Shown piece after piece: positions 1-11,534 of a DNA stretch of 36,200 nt. Source of the stretch: Chiloscyllium plagiosum (taxonomy: Eukaryota); NCBI RefSeq assembly GCF_004010195.1, contig NC_057752.1, positions 15,356,502 through 15,392,701 on the forward strand. Direction: 5' to 3'. The translations under genes and the position numbers were made by a program. Below the pieces are notes generated by a model. It did no database searches. It was not told the DNA's origin and saw only the letters and a program-made list of their open reading frames with translations. Position 1 is the first letter of the stretch; every line of letters starts with the position of its first letter.

Positions 1-238
1 GGGGGGTAGATATTGGACTGAAGTTAGGGGTAGGTTCTTCACTCAGCGAGTCGTAAGTTCATGGAATGCCCTGCCAGTAGCAGTGGTGGACTCTCCCTCT
101 TTATGGGCATTTAAACGGGCATTGGATAGGTATATGGAGGATAGTGGGTTAGTATAGGTTAGGTGGGCTTGGATCGGCGCAACATCGAGGGCCAAAGGGC
201 CTGTACTGCGCTGTATTCTTCTATGTTCTATGTTCTAT
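1..238 (+). mobile_element. CR1-type LINE, 3' end (ORF2 C-terminus, 3' UTR and tail)
   Basis: Translates as RGRFFTQRVVSSWNALPVAVVDSPSLWAFKRALDRYM (CR1 ORF2 C-terminus). Followed by ggccaaagggcctgtactgcgctgta and a (TTCTATG)n tail. Confidence 0.92.
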
Positions 239-795
239 TGCTGTCTGTAATATACACAGGGACTGCTACCTTCTCTAGCATACATGGGCATCGCTGTTCT
301 TTATAAGATGGACAGGGACTGCTGTTCTTTATAATATGCACAGGCAATGCTGTTCTCTAGAATAGACAGAAGGACTGCTGTTCTTTATAATATACATCAG
401 GACTGCTATTCTCTCATATACATAGGGACTGCTGTTCTCTGTAACATACACAGGGACTGCTGTTCTCGATAATATACACAGGGAATGCTGTTCTCTATTA
501 CATACTGACACTGCCGTTCTTGAAAATATCCACAGGGACTGCTGTTCTCAAAAATATACTCAGGGACTGCTTCTATCTGTATCATACACAGGGACTGCCG
601 TTATCTATAAGAGACACTGGCATTGCTATTCTCTGTAACGTACACTGGGACTGCTATTCTCTATAATATACACAGGAAATGCTGTTTTCTAAAATATATG
701 CACGCAATGCTGTTGTCTATAATATAGAGAGGATCTGCTCTTTTCTGTAATATATAGAGGGACTGCTATCACCTCTAAAATACACAGGGACTGCT
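239..795. repeat. 28-bp tandem satellite, orientation A (consensus ~CAGGGACTGCTGTTCTCTATAATATACA)
   Basis: About 20 diverged head-to-tail 28-bp units, e.g. cagggactgctgttctttataatatgca. Confidence 0.93.
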
Positions 796-800
796 TTTTT

Positions 801-953
801 TTAGATTAGGTTCCCTACAGTAGGGAAAAAGGCCCTTCGGCCCAACTAGTCCACACCAACCTTCCGAAGAGTAACCCACCTAGACCCATTCCCCTAACTA
901 ATGCACCTAACTCTATGGGCAATTTAGCATGACCAATTCACCTAACCTGCACA
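801..953 (-). mobile_element. HE1-like V-SINE, 3' half
   Basis: Reverse complement matches the 3' half of the full SINE at 14308-14625 (gtgcaggttaggtgaattgg...ctaaattgccc...ccgaagggcc). Cut at 953 by a CR1 tail. Confidence 0.85.
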
Positions 954-2720
954 TAGAATCATAGAATCATAGAGATGTACAGCATGGAAACAGACCCTTT
1001 CGTCCAACCTGTCCATGCGGATCAGATATCCCAAGCCAATCTAGTGCCACCTGCCAGCGCCCGGCCCATAGCCCTCCATAACCATCCAAATACCTCTTAA
1101 ATGATGCAATTGTACCAGCCTCCACCACTTCCTCTGGCAGCTCGTTCCATACACGTACCACCTTCTGTGTGAAAAGGTTGCCCCGTAGGTCTCTTTTATA
1201 TCTTTCCCCTCTCACCCTAAACCTATGCCTTCGAGTTCTGGACTCCCTGACCCCAGGGAAAAGACTTTGCCTATTTATGCCCCTCATAATTTTGTAACCT
1301 TCTGTAAGGTCACCCCTCAGCCTCCGACGGTCCAGGGAAAACAGCCCCAGCCTGTTCAGCCTCTCCCTACAGCTCAAATCCTCCAAACCTGGCAACAACC
1401 TTGTAAATCTTTTCTGAACCCTTTCAAATTTCACATCTTTCTGATAGGAAGGAGACCAGAACTGTATGCAATATTCTAACAGTGGCTTAACCAATGTCCT
1501 GTAAAGCTGCAACATGACCTCCCAGCTCCTGTACTCAATACTCTGACCAATAAAGGAAAGCATACCAAACGCCTTCTTCACTATCCTATCTACCTGCGAC
1601 TCCACTTTCAAGGATCTATGAACCTGCACTCCAAGGTCTCTTTGTTCAGCCACACTCCCTAGGACCTTACCGTTAACTTCTACCTTTGAGCCAGTTCTGT
1701 ATCCAAATGGCTAGTTCTTCCTGTATTCTATGAGATCTAAACTTGCTAATCAGTCTCCCATGGGGAACCTTGTCGAATGCCTTACTGAAGTTCATATCGA
1801 TCACATCTACTGCTCTGTCCTCATCAATCTTCTTTGTTACTTCTTCAAAAAACTAATCAAGTTTGTGAGACATAATTTCCCACGCACAAAGCCCGGTTGA
1901 CTATCCCTAATCAGTCCTTGCCTTTCCAAATACACGTACATCCTGTCCCTCAGGATTCCCTCCAACAACTTGCCCACCACCGATGTCAGGCTCACCGGTC
2001 TATAGTTCCCTAGCTTGTCCTTATCACCCTTCTTAAACAGTGGCACCACGTTTGTCAACCTCCAGTCTTCCAGCACCTCACCTGTGACTATCGATGATAC
2101 AAATATCTCAGCAAGAGGCCCAGCAATCACTTCTCTAGCTTCCCACAGAGTTCTCGGGTACACCTGATCAGGTCCTGGGGATTTATCCACCTTTACCAGC
2201 ACTTCCTCCTCTGTAATCTGGACATTTAGCAAGGTGTCACCATCTATTTCCCTACAGTCTATATCTTCCATATCCTTTTCCACAGTAAAAACTGATGCAA
2301 AATACTCATTTAATATCTGCCTATTTTCTGTGGCTCCACACAAAGGCCGTCTTGCTGATCTTTGAGGGGCCCTATTCTCTAGTTACCCTTTTGTTCTTTA
2401 TGTATTTGTAAAAACCATTTTGATTCTCCTTAATTCTATTTGCCAAAGCTATCTCATGTCCCCTTTTTGCCCTCCTGATTTCCCTCTTAAGTATACTCCT
2501 ACTTACTTTATACTCTTCTAAGGATTCACTCGACCTTACATATGCTTCCTTCCTTTTCTTAACCAAACCCTCAATTTCTTTAGTCATCCAACAGTCCATA
2601 TACCTACTAGCCTTTCCTTTCACCCTGACAGGAATGTACTTTCTCTGGACTCTCGTTATCCCATTTCTGAAGGCTTCCCATTTTCCAACCATCCCTTTAC
2701 CTGCGAACATCTGCTTCCAA
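954..2720 (-). mobile_element. CR1-type LINE, 5'-truncated, with internal deletion of the RT core
   Basis: (GATTCTAT)n tail at 954-972. ORF2 pieces LEYCIQFWSP, KSPGPDQVYPR, GNYRPVSLTSVVGKLLE. At ~1676 the frame jumps from QNWLKGR to NGKVL, skipping the VPQGS and FADD motifs. Confidence 0.93.
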
Positions 2721-2801
2721 GACCAGAATAAGAGAACAGAAGACCTAACACTCTAAATGGGAATGTGGCATTGTCCCTGTGATGCACATTGACCTGGGAT
2801 C

Positions 2802-3142
2802 TTAGAATCCCTGCAGTGTGGAAACAGGCCCTTCAGTCCAACAATCCATACCGACCCTCCAAAGAGTCACCCACCCAGACACATTCCCCTACCCTATTAC
2901 TCTATATTTATCCCTGACTAATGCAGCTAACCTACACATCCCTGAACACTATGAGCAATCCAGCATGACCAACCCACCCAACCTGCACATCCCTTGGACA
3001 GTGGGAGGAAACCAGAGCACCCGGAGGAAACCGACACAGACACGGGGAGAATGCACAAACCCCACACAGACAGCCACCCACAGCTGGAATCAAACCCAGG
3101 TCCCTGGCACTGTGAAGCAACAGTGCTAACCATTAAACCACC
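2802..3142 (-). mobile_element. HE1-like tRNA-derived V-SINE, near full length
   Basis: Reverse complement has a tRNA-like head (tggttagcactgttgcttcacagtgccagggacctgggtttgattcc), the V-core (tctgtgtggggtttgtgcattctccccgtgtctg) and a CR1-like tail. Confidence 0.9.
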
Positions 3143-3402
3143 TTCCTAATCTTTTTCTCGGTGCAGCTCTCCCTCTTTCACCTGAGGCTGCAATGACAGG
3201 ACAAGTGACAGTACTTAGATATTTGAAAATAGTAAATTAGAAGGTGAACGTTGGGGTGAGGGAAAGATTGGCAGAATGGAAAACAGTGGGATATATTTTT
3301 GCCTTCATTTAAATTTTTCTCCTCTCCTGAGACATTGATCCCTCATTGGGAATCAATTGTGTCTCCTGGCAGCTTGACTTAAATGACCTTTAATTACAAA
3401 AT

Positions 3403-3497
3403 GAAAACAGAAAATGTTGGACATTCTCAGTAGGTCAGTCAACAATTATAAAGAGAAGCCACTGACCATGGCATTTCAGTTGCGTATCTTTCATCCA
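3403..3497 (-). mobile_element. Old, decayed PLE-type terminal repeat (hammerhead-like remnant)
   Basis: aaaacagaaaatgttggacattctcagtaggtcagtcaaca...atttcagttgcgtatctttcatc resembles the younger minus-strand copies (ctggaaaagcacagcaggtcaggcagca...gtttcgggc...cccttcatcagg). Highly diverged. Confidence 0.45.
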
Positions 3498-3688
3498 CCA
3501 AAACATTGGTCAAATTCTCCTTCCATTTGTTGTTTAACTGTTCATGATCAATTCATGACTAGGTGTAGAACGACTGCTGACATTTGATCTGATCCATTGG
3601 GTGTCCGGACACTGAGCTCATTCTGTAGCATTCCTCTTCTGCTGCTCAGCGCTTTGGAGTCCTGAGAATTATCATCACTGGTTGGTAC

Positions 3689-5720
3689 CTAGTTCTCCCT
3701 GTATTCCTTGAGATATAACCTTGCTAATCAGTCTCCCATGGGGAACCTTGTCGAACACCTTACAGAAGTCCATATAGATCATATCTAACGCTCTGCCCTC
3801 ATTAATCCTCTTTGTTACTTACTCAAAAAGCTCAATCAAGCTTGTGAGACATGATTTCCCATGTACAAAACCATGTTGACTATCCATAATCAGTCCTTGC
3901 CTTTCCAAATACATGTACATCCTGACCCCAGGGGTCCCTCCAACAACTTGCCCACCACCAACGTCAGGTTCGCTGGTCTATAGTTCCCTGGGTTGTCCTT
4001 ACCATCCTTCTTAAACAGTAGCACCACGTTAGCCAACCTCCAGTCTTCCGGCACCTGTGACTATTGATGATACAAATATCTCAGCAAGAGGCCCAGCAAT
4101 CACTCTCTACCTTCCCACAGAGTTCTAGGGTACACCTGATCAGGTCCTGTCGATTTATCCACTTTTATGCGTTTCGAAGCATCCTCTGTAATCTGGACAT
4201 TTTGCAAGATGTCACCATCTATTTCCCTACAGTCTATATCTTCCATATCCTTTTCCACAGTAAATACTGATGCAAAATACTCATTTAGTATCTCCCCATT
4301 TTCTGCGGATCCACGCAAAGGCCACCTTGACAATCTTTGAGGGGCCTATGTGTCTTTCAGAAGACAGCTCTCCATGCATATCAGAGAGAGAACAGCAGTC
4401 CCTGTGTATCTGAGAGAGGACAGCAGTGCCTGTGTATGTTATGGAAAATAGCAGTCCCTGTGTATCTTCCAGAGAACAACAGGCCCTCTGTGCATGATAG
4501 AGAGCAGCAGTCCCTGTGTCTCTGAGAGAGAACTGCAGTGCCTGTGTATATGAGGTAGAACAGCAGTGCGTGTGTCTTATCGGGAACAGCAGTGCCTGTG
4601 CATCTTTCAGAGAACAGCAGTCCCTGCGCATCTGAGAGAGAACAGCAGTGCTTGTGTACCTTATAGAGAACAGCAGTCCCTGTATATCTGAGAGAGATAA
4701 GCAGTGCCTGTGCAACTGAGAGAGAACAGCAGTGCTTGTGCACCTAGGACAGAACAGCAATCCTCTTAAGTATCCTCCTACTTCCTTTATTCTCTTCTCT
4801 TATTCACTCGATCTATCCTGTCTATACCTTGCATATGCTTCCTTATTTTTCTTAACCAAACCCTCAATTTCTTTAGTCATCCAACATTCCCTATATCTAC
4901 CAGCCTTTCCTTTCACCCTAACAGGAATATACTTTCTCTGGATTCTCATTATCTCATTTCTGAAAGCTTCCCATTTTCCAGCCGTCCCTTTACCTGTGAA
5001 CATCCGCCCCCAATCAGCTTTCGAAAGTTCTTGCCTAACACCCTCAAAATTGGCCTTTCTCCAATTTAGAACTTCAACTTTTAGATCTGGTCTATCCTTT
5101 TCCATCATTATTGTAAATCTGATAGAATTAAGGTCGCTGGCCCCAAAGTGCTCCCCCACTGACACCTCAGTCGCCTGCCCTGCCTTATTTTCAAAGAGTA
5201 AGTCACATTTGCACCTTCTCTGGTAGGTACATCCACATACTGAATCAGAAAACTGTCTTGTACACACTTAACAAATTCCTCTCCATCTAAACCTTTAACA
5301 CTATGGTAGTCCCAGTCTATGTTTGGAAAGTTAAAATCCCCTATCATAGCCACCCTATTTTTCTTGCAGATAGCTGAGACCTCCTTACCAGTTTGTTTCT
5401 CAATTTCCCTCTGACTATTAGGGGGTCTATAATACAAGCCAAATAAGGTTATCATCCCTTTCTTATTTCTCAGTTCCACCCAAATAACTTCCCTGGATGT
5501 ATTTCCGGGAATATCCTCCCTCAGCACAGCTGTAATGCTATCCCTTATCAAACATACCACTCCCCCTCCTCTCTTGCCTCCCGTTCTATCCTTCCTGTCG
5601 CATTTGTATCCTGGAACATTAAGCTGCCATTCCTGCCCATCCCTGAGCCATGTTCCTAACCATGCCCTGAGTCCATCTGCCTTCCCTGTTAGGCCCCTTG
5701 CATTGGAATAAATGCAGTTA
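3689..5720 (-). mobile_element. CR1-type LINE ORF2 fragment (APE endonuclease to early RT), interrupted by satellite at 4349-4760
   Basis: Endonuclease motifs GLYYRPPNS, GDFNFPNIDW, EHFGASD, and ILNEYFASVFT. Collinear with the copy at 1680-2720. Confidence 0.9.
4349..4760. repeat. 28-bp satellite, orientation B, local variant GAGAGAACAGCAGTCCCTGTGTATCTGA
   Basis: About 15 units, the reverse complement of the 239-795 unit but mostly with TCTGA in place of ATTATA. Confidence 0.9.
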
Positions 5721-6081
5721 TATTCCTGTTCGGGTGAAAGGAAAGGCTGGTATGTATAGGGAATGCTGGACGACTAAAGAAATTGAGGGCTTGGTTAAGA
5801 AAGTGAAGTAAGGTATAGACACGATAGATCGAGTGAATCCTTAGAAGAGTATAAAGGAAGTAGGAGTATACTTAAGAGGGAAATCAGGAGAGCAAAAAGG
5901 GGGCAACAGGTAGCTTTGGCAAATAGAATTAAGGAGAATCCAAAGAATTTTTGCAAATACATTAAGGACAAAAGGGTAACTATGGAGAGAATAGGACCCC
6001 TCAAAGATCATCAAGGCAGCCTTTGTGTGGAGCCACAGAAAATGGGGGAGATACTAAATGAATATTTTGCATCAGTATTTA
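5721..6081 (+). mobile_element. CR1-type LINE internal fragment, opposite orientation to its neighbour
   Basis: IPVRVKGKAG...ALANRIKENPKNFCKYIKDKRVT...ILNEYFASVF. Confidence 0.88.
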
Positions 6082-6082
6082 T

Positions 6083-6212
6083 GGGAGAAAACTGGAGCAC
6101 CTGGAAGAAACCCACGCAGACACGTGAAGAATGTGCAAACACCACACAGACAGTCGCCCGAGGCAGGAATCGAAACCGTTTCCTGGTGTTTTTGGCAGTG
6201 CTAACTACTGAG
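6083..6212 (-). mobile_element. HE1-like V-SINE, 5' half
   Basis: ggagcacctggaagaaacccacgcagacacg...caaacaccacacagacagtcgcccgaggcaggaatcgaa...cagtgctaac is the reverse complement of the SINE head and V-core. Confidence 0.85.
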
Positions 6213-6214
6213 TC

Positions 6215-6472
6215 CAGTCTTGTGTACATGCTTGAGAAAGGCAGTGCCTGTCTGCATTATAGAGACTAACGGTCCATACTTATATTATATAGAACAGCAG
6301 TCCCTGTCTATATTATAGATGATGGCAGAGTCTGTCTGTATTATAGTGATCAGCAGTACCTATGTATATTCTAGAGAACAGCAATCCCTGTGTATATTAT
6401 ATTATATGTGTATATTATAGAGTATATTATATGTATAATATACACTATTATATATATATGTAGTATTATATA
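6215..6472. repeat. 28-bp satellite (orientation B) decaying into an AT-rich (TA)n/TATTA tract
   Basis: gaacagcagtccctgtctatattata units, then tatattatat repeats at ~6393-6472. Confidence 0.8.
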
Positions 6473-7503
6473 TTGCCAACCTCATCACCTCAGGGGATCT
6501 CCCACCCACAGGTTCCAACCTCATAGTTCAGGAACACCGCACCACCCAGTTCTACCTCCTCTCCAAGATCCACAAGCCCAACTATCCCGGCCAACCCATT
6601 GTCTAAGCCTGCTCCTGCCCCACTGAGTTCATCTCCACACACCTTGACACTGTCCTATACCCACGGAGCAAGAACTCCCCATATACATTCTGGACATCAC
6701 CCACGCTCTGCAACGCCTCCAAGACTTTAGTTCCCCTGGCCTCCAACAGGGGATCTTCACCATGGAATCCAGTCCCTACACACCTCCATCCGCCATGACC
6801 AGGGCCTCAAAACCCTCAGTTTATTCCTCTCCCAATGTTCCCACCAGTACCCTTCCACTGACACACTAATTTGTTTGGTTGAACTGGTCCTCACATCAAT
6901 GATTTCTCCTTTGAATACTCCCGCTTCTTCCAGATGAAAGGGGTAGCCATGGGCACCCGCATGGGCCCCAACTTTGCCTGTCTCGTTGTCGTTTATATGG
7001 AACAGCCCACTTTCCACAGTTACACCGGCACCATTCCCCACCTTTTCCTCTGCTACATTGATGACGACGTTGGCGCCACCTCGTGCTCCTATGTGAAGGT
7101 TGAACTGGTCATCAACCTCAACGCAATCCACTCCAAACTTAAATTCATCTCAGACACCTCCCTCCCCTTCCTGGACCTCTCCATTCCCATCAATGGTGAC
7201 CGACTCAACACTGACATCTTCTTCAAACCCACTGACTCCCACAGCGACCTGAATTACACCACCTCCCATCCTGCCTGGTGTAAAAATGCTATCCCTTATT
7301 CCTAATTCCTCTACCTCGGCTGCATCTGCTCCCAGGTGGACCAGTTCCACCACAGAACAAAACGGATGGCCTCCTTCTTTAAATACCACAATTTACCTTC
7401 CCACGTGGTTGATGATGCTCTCCAGCACATCTCATCTATTTCCCACACCTGTGTCCTCGAACCCCATCTCCTCCAACCTCAACAAGGACAGAATCTTCCA
7501 CTG
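6473..7503 (+). mobile_element. Penelope-like element reverse transcriptase fragment (frameshifted)
   Basis: FYLLSKIHKP, GVAMGTRMGPNFA, YIDD, LPFLDL, KPTDSHSDLNYTTSHP...KNAIPYS are PLE RT and thumb motifs. Confidence 0.88.
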
Positions 7504-7541
7504 GATTCCTGAAGAAGGGCCTGTGCCCGAAACGTCGAATC
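7504..7541 (+). ncRNA. Minimal type I hammerhead ribozyme motif
   Basis: GAUUC-CUGAAGA-A-GGGC-cugu-GCCC-GAAA-CGUC-GAAUC: conserved core, 4-bp stem II, palindromic ACGU mini-stem III, GUC cleavage triplet, 5-bp stem I. Confidence 0.8.
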
Positions 7542-7596
7542 TCCTGTTCCCTGGATGCTGCCTGACCTGCTGTGCTGTTCCAGCAATAAAGTTTCA
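7504..7596 (+). mobile_element. 93-bp PLE-type short insertion with a 16-bp target-site duplication
   Basis: ACAGAATCTTCCACTG at both 7488-7503 and 7597-7612. Body shared with copies at 12741, 16603, 24165, 30850 and 35131. Confidence 0.88.
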
Positions 7597-7668
7597 ACAG
7601 AATCTTCCACTGATGATCTGAACCTGGGGGGGGGGGGGTGGGGGTGGGGGGTTCTCTCAGTTCCATGA

Positions 7669-8132
7669 TGAGTCAATAAACACACCTGTAAACGACTCTT
7701 TGTCAATCACACAAGCAATTGTTTGCTCTTCAATACGAACGGGTTGGTAGACTCTGATCAGCCCAGACGTATGAGTATTCCGAGACAACCAAAAGAATCC
7801 AACGACTTATAGAGCTTGCATAGGGTTTATGTACATTGTTCATAGTCAGACATGGAGCATGATCGCTTGATAACAACCAATCAAATCGCGTGAGGCCCTC
7901 GTGCATTTTTGCCTTAGCCCATCACGATTTCTTGTAAACAACCTGTTCTTAGAATCATATTTGTCCTGCCTTGTGGTTTGGGTTAAACCATTACTTCTGC
8001 AATTAATCGGATCTACATCAGTCTACGGTTTCTTGTTTCTGTCTGGTTCAGTGTAATTTGACAATGCAGAAGCCATTTTGTGCGGTTCCTTCAGCCATTG
8101 GATGCCCACATGCCCAGATGCCCACACCCTCA
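7669..8132 (-). repeat. Probable ERV 3' LTR (~465 bp)
   Basis: On the minus strand a polypurine tract AAGGGGGAA (8141-8133) is followed directly by TGAG..., and the segment ends ...CTCA (7672-7669; alternative end at 7666). No second LTR in the window to confirm. Confidence 0.6.
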
Positions 8133-8299
8133 TTCCCCCTTGAGATCGCACTGCCATCACTAAAAGGAAAGGCTCTTCCAAATGAATGCCCCTCAAGGTG
8201 TTCCAGCTGGAGAGACACTACCATCTTCACCATTCACCTGATCACATTTATCATCGCCATCAACAATTGCAGGTGAGCCATTGGATTGCAAAAGGAGCA

Positions 8300-10215
8300 T
8301 CTTCTGGGGCGAGTCTATATCACTAAGCTCATAAGCTTAGCAATCAATAATGACAATGCTGACAAACAGACAGAAGAGAATAATTTCCATATACATCGCT
8401 AAATTGATAAGCCAGAGCCAGATCCCCAGTCTCCCCAACTGGTCCCTTCATTCATTCTGTCAAGGAACACCAGGATCTCGTCTTGTATCATAACAATATT
8501 GCCAGTGCGATCGGGAATGCTAATAATGCATTTACCTTGGACAATTGTACAGACCCCGCCTTCCCAGGCTAATATATAGTCTAAGGCGTACTGATTTTGC
8601 ATACAGTAAAGACGAAGATCTGATAATCCCAGTTTAATTTGTTCCAGGGCCTCTTTGGTCTTATTTCCTAGAATGGTCAGGCCGCAGATGAGGTAACTGC
8701 ATTCTTTTGATGAATTACCTCCGCCAATTCTCGCAAATTCAGGGTGCTCAGGATTCCCCAGCCTATCGAGTGTCCTGTATTGTCACCCAGTCCCTTGGGA
8801 TCTTTCTAATTGGGGTAAAAGTCAGCTGAAATTGACCGCTGCATCCTTTTCAGATGAAGGTTCCATCGATTTGTCCACTGGCCAAGACAAGGTACTGTTG
8901 TGTGAATAAGGGCTCCAATAGCAACTTTATGAGGAACATCTTTGCCATCAAGGACAAGGAAATTGGTAGCTTTACCTTGGCTGAAGAAATAATAGCCTGA
9001 TTTGGCATATATGAGAGAATGTTTGTTAAAATTGGTCACTGCAATGTTACAGCACATGTCCTGGCCAGGTCTACAGGAATAAAAGCCCGACATCTTGCAA
9101 GAGGCGTCGTTTGAGCACCATAAAAATGGGCAAAGTGACTGTTAAGTGACTGTATGGTGGACAATGGTCCTCAGAATCCTGTTGCCATTAGGCTCTCCCT
9201 TAGCTCTATCGCACGTGGTCTTGGCAACAGTATCAGAGTCTGATAAGAGAAAAGACCTATAAATGTGCAATGGAAGGGTTCCATTCCGGGTCCATACATG
9301 CAGATGGGAATAGCTGCTTAAGCCGCATAAGGCCTGTTGCCCCCAGCTAGTGGAATGCAAGCTGTTTGCATACATGGGCAGGAGGTATAAAGCCCCCTTG
9401 TCTCACATGAGTGGGCGAGACAAGTCTCAAATAGGCAAGAGATGTTCTGTGGAGCATGAATAATTGCACACCCATAGCCAGTTCCATTAAAGCAATTCTC
9501 AAACGACTCTGCATTAGAGTTAAAAGATGTCAGCAAACAGGTGACAGGAGGGCTAATTGGGTATTGAAAAGTGATATTTCTCTTCGGAGGGTCTGCAGTA
9601 GGAGGTCTGATGAATAAATTGGGATAGAGGACTGGGGACAGGAGTAACATACTACTGACTCTGAGATGAAGAGTGTCTGTGGGTCTGTATAAATCCATTG
9701 TTTGTATATTGAGGTGTTTTCCCTATCAGGCTTCTCTTTTCTCAAGTAGGCCTGTCCTGTAAAAAGGGGTGGTGCTCCCGAGCCTCCTTAAAACATTTAC
9801 CATAGTAACGGGGTCAATAATGTCTATCCTCACTCGGCTTACATCTGCAGGTAAAATCAAAAAGACAGGTTTGGTGCTGACATGCCAATTTCCACTGATG
9901 TCTACTCTCCAGATGGACCATGAGGTCTTTCTGATATAAGAGTCCATTGCAATAATCAGTCTTAGTCACACTTCACACGTCGAAGGCATCTGGTCTGGTG
10001 CACTCGATGACTTCTCTTAGGTGGATGATCTCGGATTGTTTCGGATCGCATCGATGCTTAATGGTTTTCCCCATGTTGTATGTGATCCAACAGGATGTTG
10101 TATGTGATCCAACAGGTCAATAGGTAGGCGATTCCCCACATGTCTCTCCTCTTAGTTCAAGTATATGTAATAAGAATAGCATTAAAACAACAGCAAAGTT
10201 CAAAAACTCAAATGG
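8300..10215 (-). pseudogene. env: Retroviral env (SU+TM), disrupted by several frameshifts and stops
   Basis: Hydrophobic signal-like VVLMLFLLHIL, Cys-rich SU fragments, furin-like KRMQR/S, heptad LGNKTKEALEQIKLGLSDLRLY, immunosuppressive domain MQNQYALDYILAWEGGVC followed by CX6C. Confidence 0.88.
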
Positions 10216-10249
10216 ATAGGATCTCTGTTTCTCTCCTCCTCTCCCCCTT

Positions 10250-11530
10250 TTGATGAGTGCAGCCAATCGAATGATGCAGGTGGACCCAAGCCGAGTGCCC
10301 AGCGACTTTGACCGCCCTAGGGGTGGTAAGTAAAATCTGAAAGGGACCATCCAAACAAGGTTGGAGACCTTTGTGAGTCCAGTTCTTGACTAGCACAAAT
10401 GAACCAGACTCCACCTGCGACGAGGCTGAAAGGAAGGGAACACTGCCGTAGGCTGCACTTACCTGGGAGTGAAATACACCCATAACGTTAGTTAGAGCAA
10501 GAACATAACCAATAATTTCTTCGGTCATGTGGTGGAAGTGGACTGAGGAGGGAGTCGCATCATTCCGAAGAGTACGGAGCGGGCGACCGTAGAAAATCTC
10601 AGCTGGAGACAGTCGTGTCTTGTCCGCAGGCATGATTCGCATCTGGAATAAGGCTTAACCCAAGAAAGGCCGGTTTCAGCCATTAATTTGACAAGTTTAC
10701 TCTTAAGAGTCTGGTTAAAACCTTCAACAAGGCCGGCAGCCTGAGGACAATAAGCACAATGCAGTTGCCGATGAATAGAATGCTGGGAACAGAGTTCTTC
10801 ATGTATATAACCCACAAAGTGTGGTCCATTGTCTGAGCTAATGCATGCAGGTATACTGAAACAGGGAATAATTTCCTTTAGCAAAATCTTCACCACAGTC
10901 TCAGCAGTAGTGTTAGTAGTCGGGTCGGCTTCAATCCACTTTGAAAAGGCATCAACAATAATCAAAACATAGTTATAACATTGGCATTTACTCAACTCAA
11001 TGTAGTCCAGTTGCAGTATCTCTAAAGGACTGCCAGGCGAAGGGTATCTTCCTCTGATTACTGGGAATGCCCTTTCTAGGTTATGCTCCTGATAGACCAA
11101 GCAATGGTCACTAACCCTCTGAGCCAACAAACTGCAGGTGGAGATGCCACCAGGTGCATGGAAGTAAGTCACTAACCACTCTGGCACCACAATGAGTTGC
11201 GCAATGAACACATTCACTAACCCAGAGAACAAGATCAAAGACATCCAAGTTTGACCCGTGGGAGTAGTACAGAGTTGAGTGTCAGGGTCATACAAACAGC
11301 CCAACTCAGACCATAACAGCTTATCAGTGACAGGGGCATTCCCCTGAAGTTTAACAGCATCTTTGATGGTTGGCATTAATTCATCCGAAGTAGACTGGTT
11401 CTTGTTAGAATTTGTAGGCTGCCTCATCATTCTGGGCACAACCATAAAGTCCTCTTTCAACTCTGCGCTTGCTGCTGCATCTGTCAAACTATTGTCAATG
11501 TCAACTGAACCTTTGCCATTACTATGGGCA
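10250..11530 (-). pseudogene. pol: Retroviral pol 3' part: RNase H C-terminus and integrase (frameshifted)
   Basis: LQLDYIEL...VDAFSKWIEA...ISSDNGPHF...PQAAGLVEGFNQTLK (DDE core). LSPAEIFYGRP and DGPFQILLTTPRAVKV are typical of the class I integrase C-terminus. AHSNG...NSLTDAAA resembles the end of RNase H. Confidence 0.92.
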
Positions 11531-11534
11531 GTTC

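Noticed and set aside
3144..3685. Missing first exon of the GPCR in this unique-looking stretch
   Set aside because: No TM1-like ORF ending at a donor site could be identified.
4281..4760. Cys/His-rich repetitive ORFs (zinc-finger-like) here and in other satellite blocks
   Set aside because: Translations of a 28-bp unit that is not a multiple of 3, with no C2H2 spacing.
7626..7651. G-quadruplex regulatory element
   Set aside because: A simple G-run at a TE junction with no supporting context. Similar G/C runs occur in CR1 copies at ~25930 and ~26725.
8300..10215. Co-opted intact env (syncytin-like)
   Set aside because: Broken into many short ORFs by stops and frameshifts.
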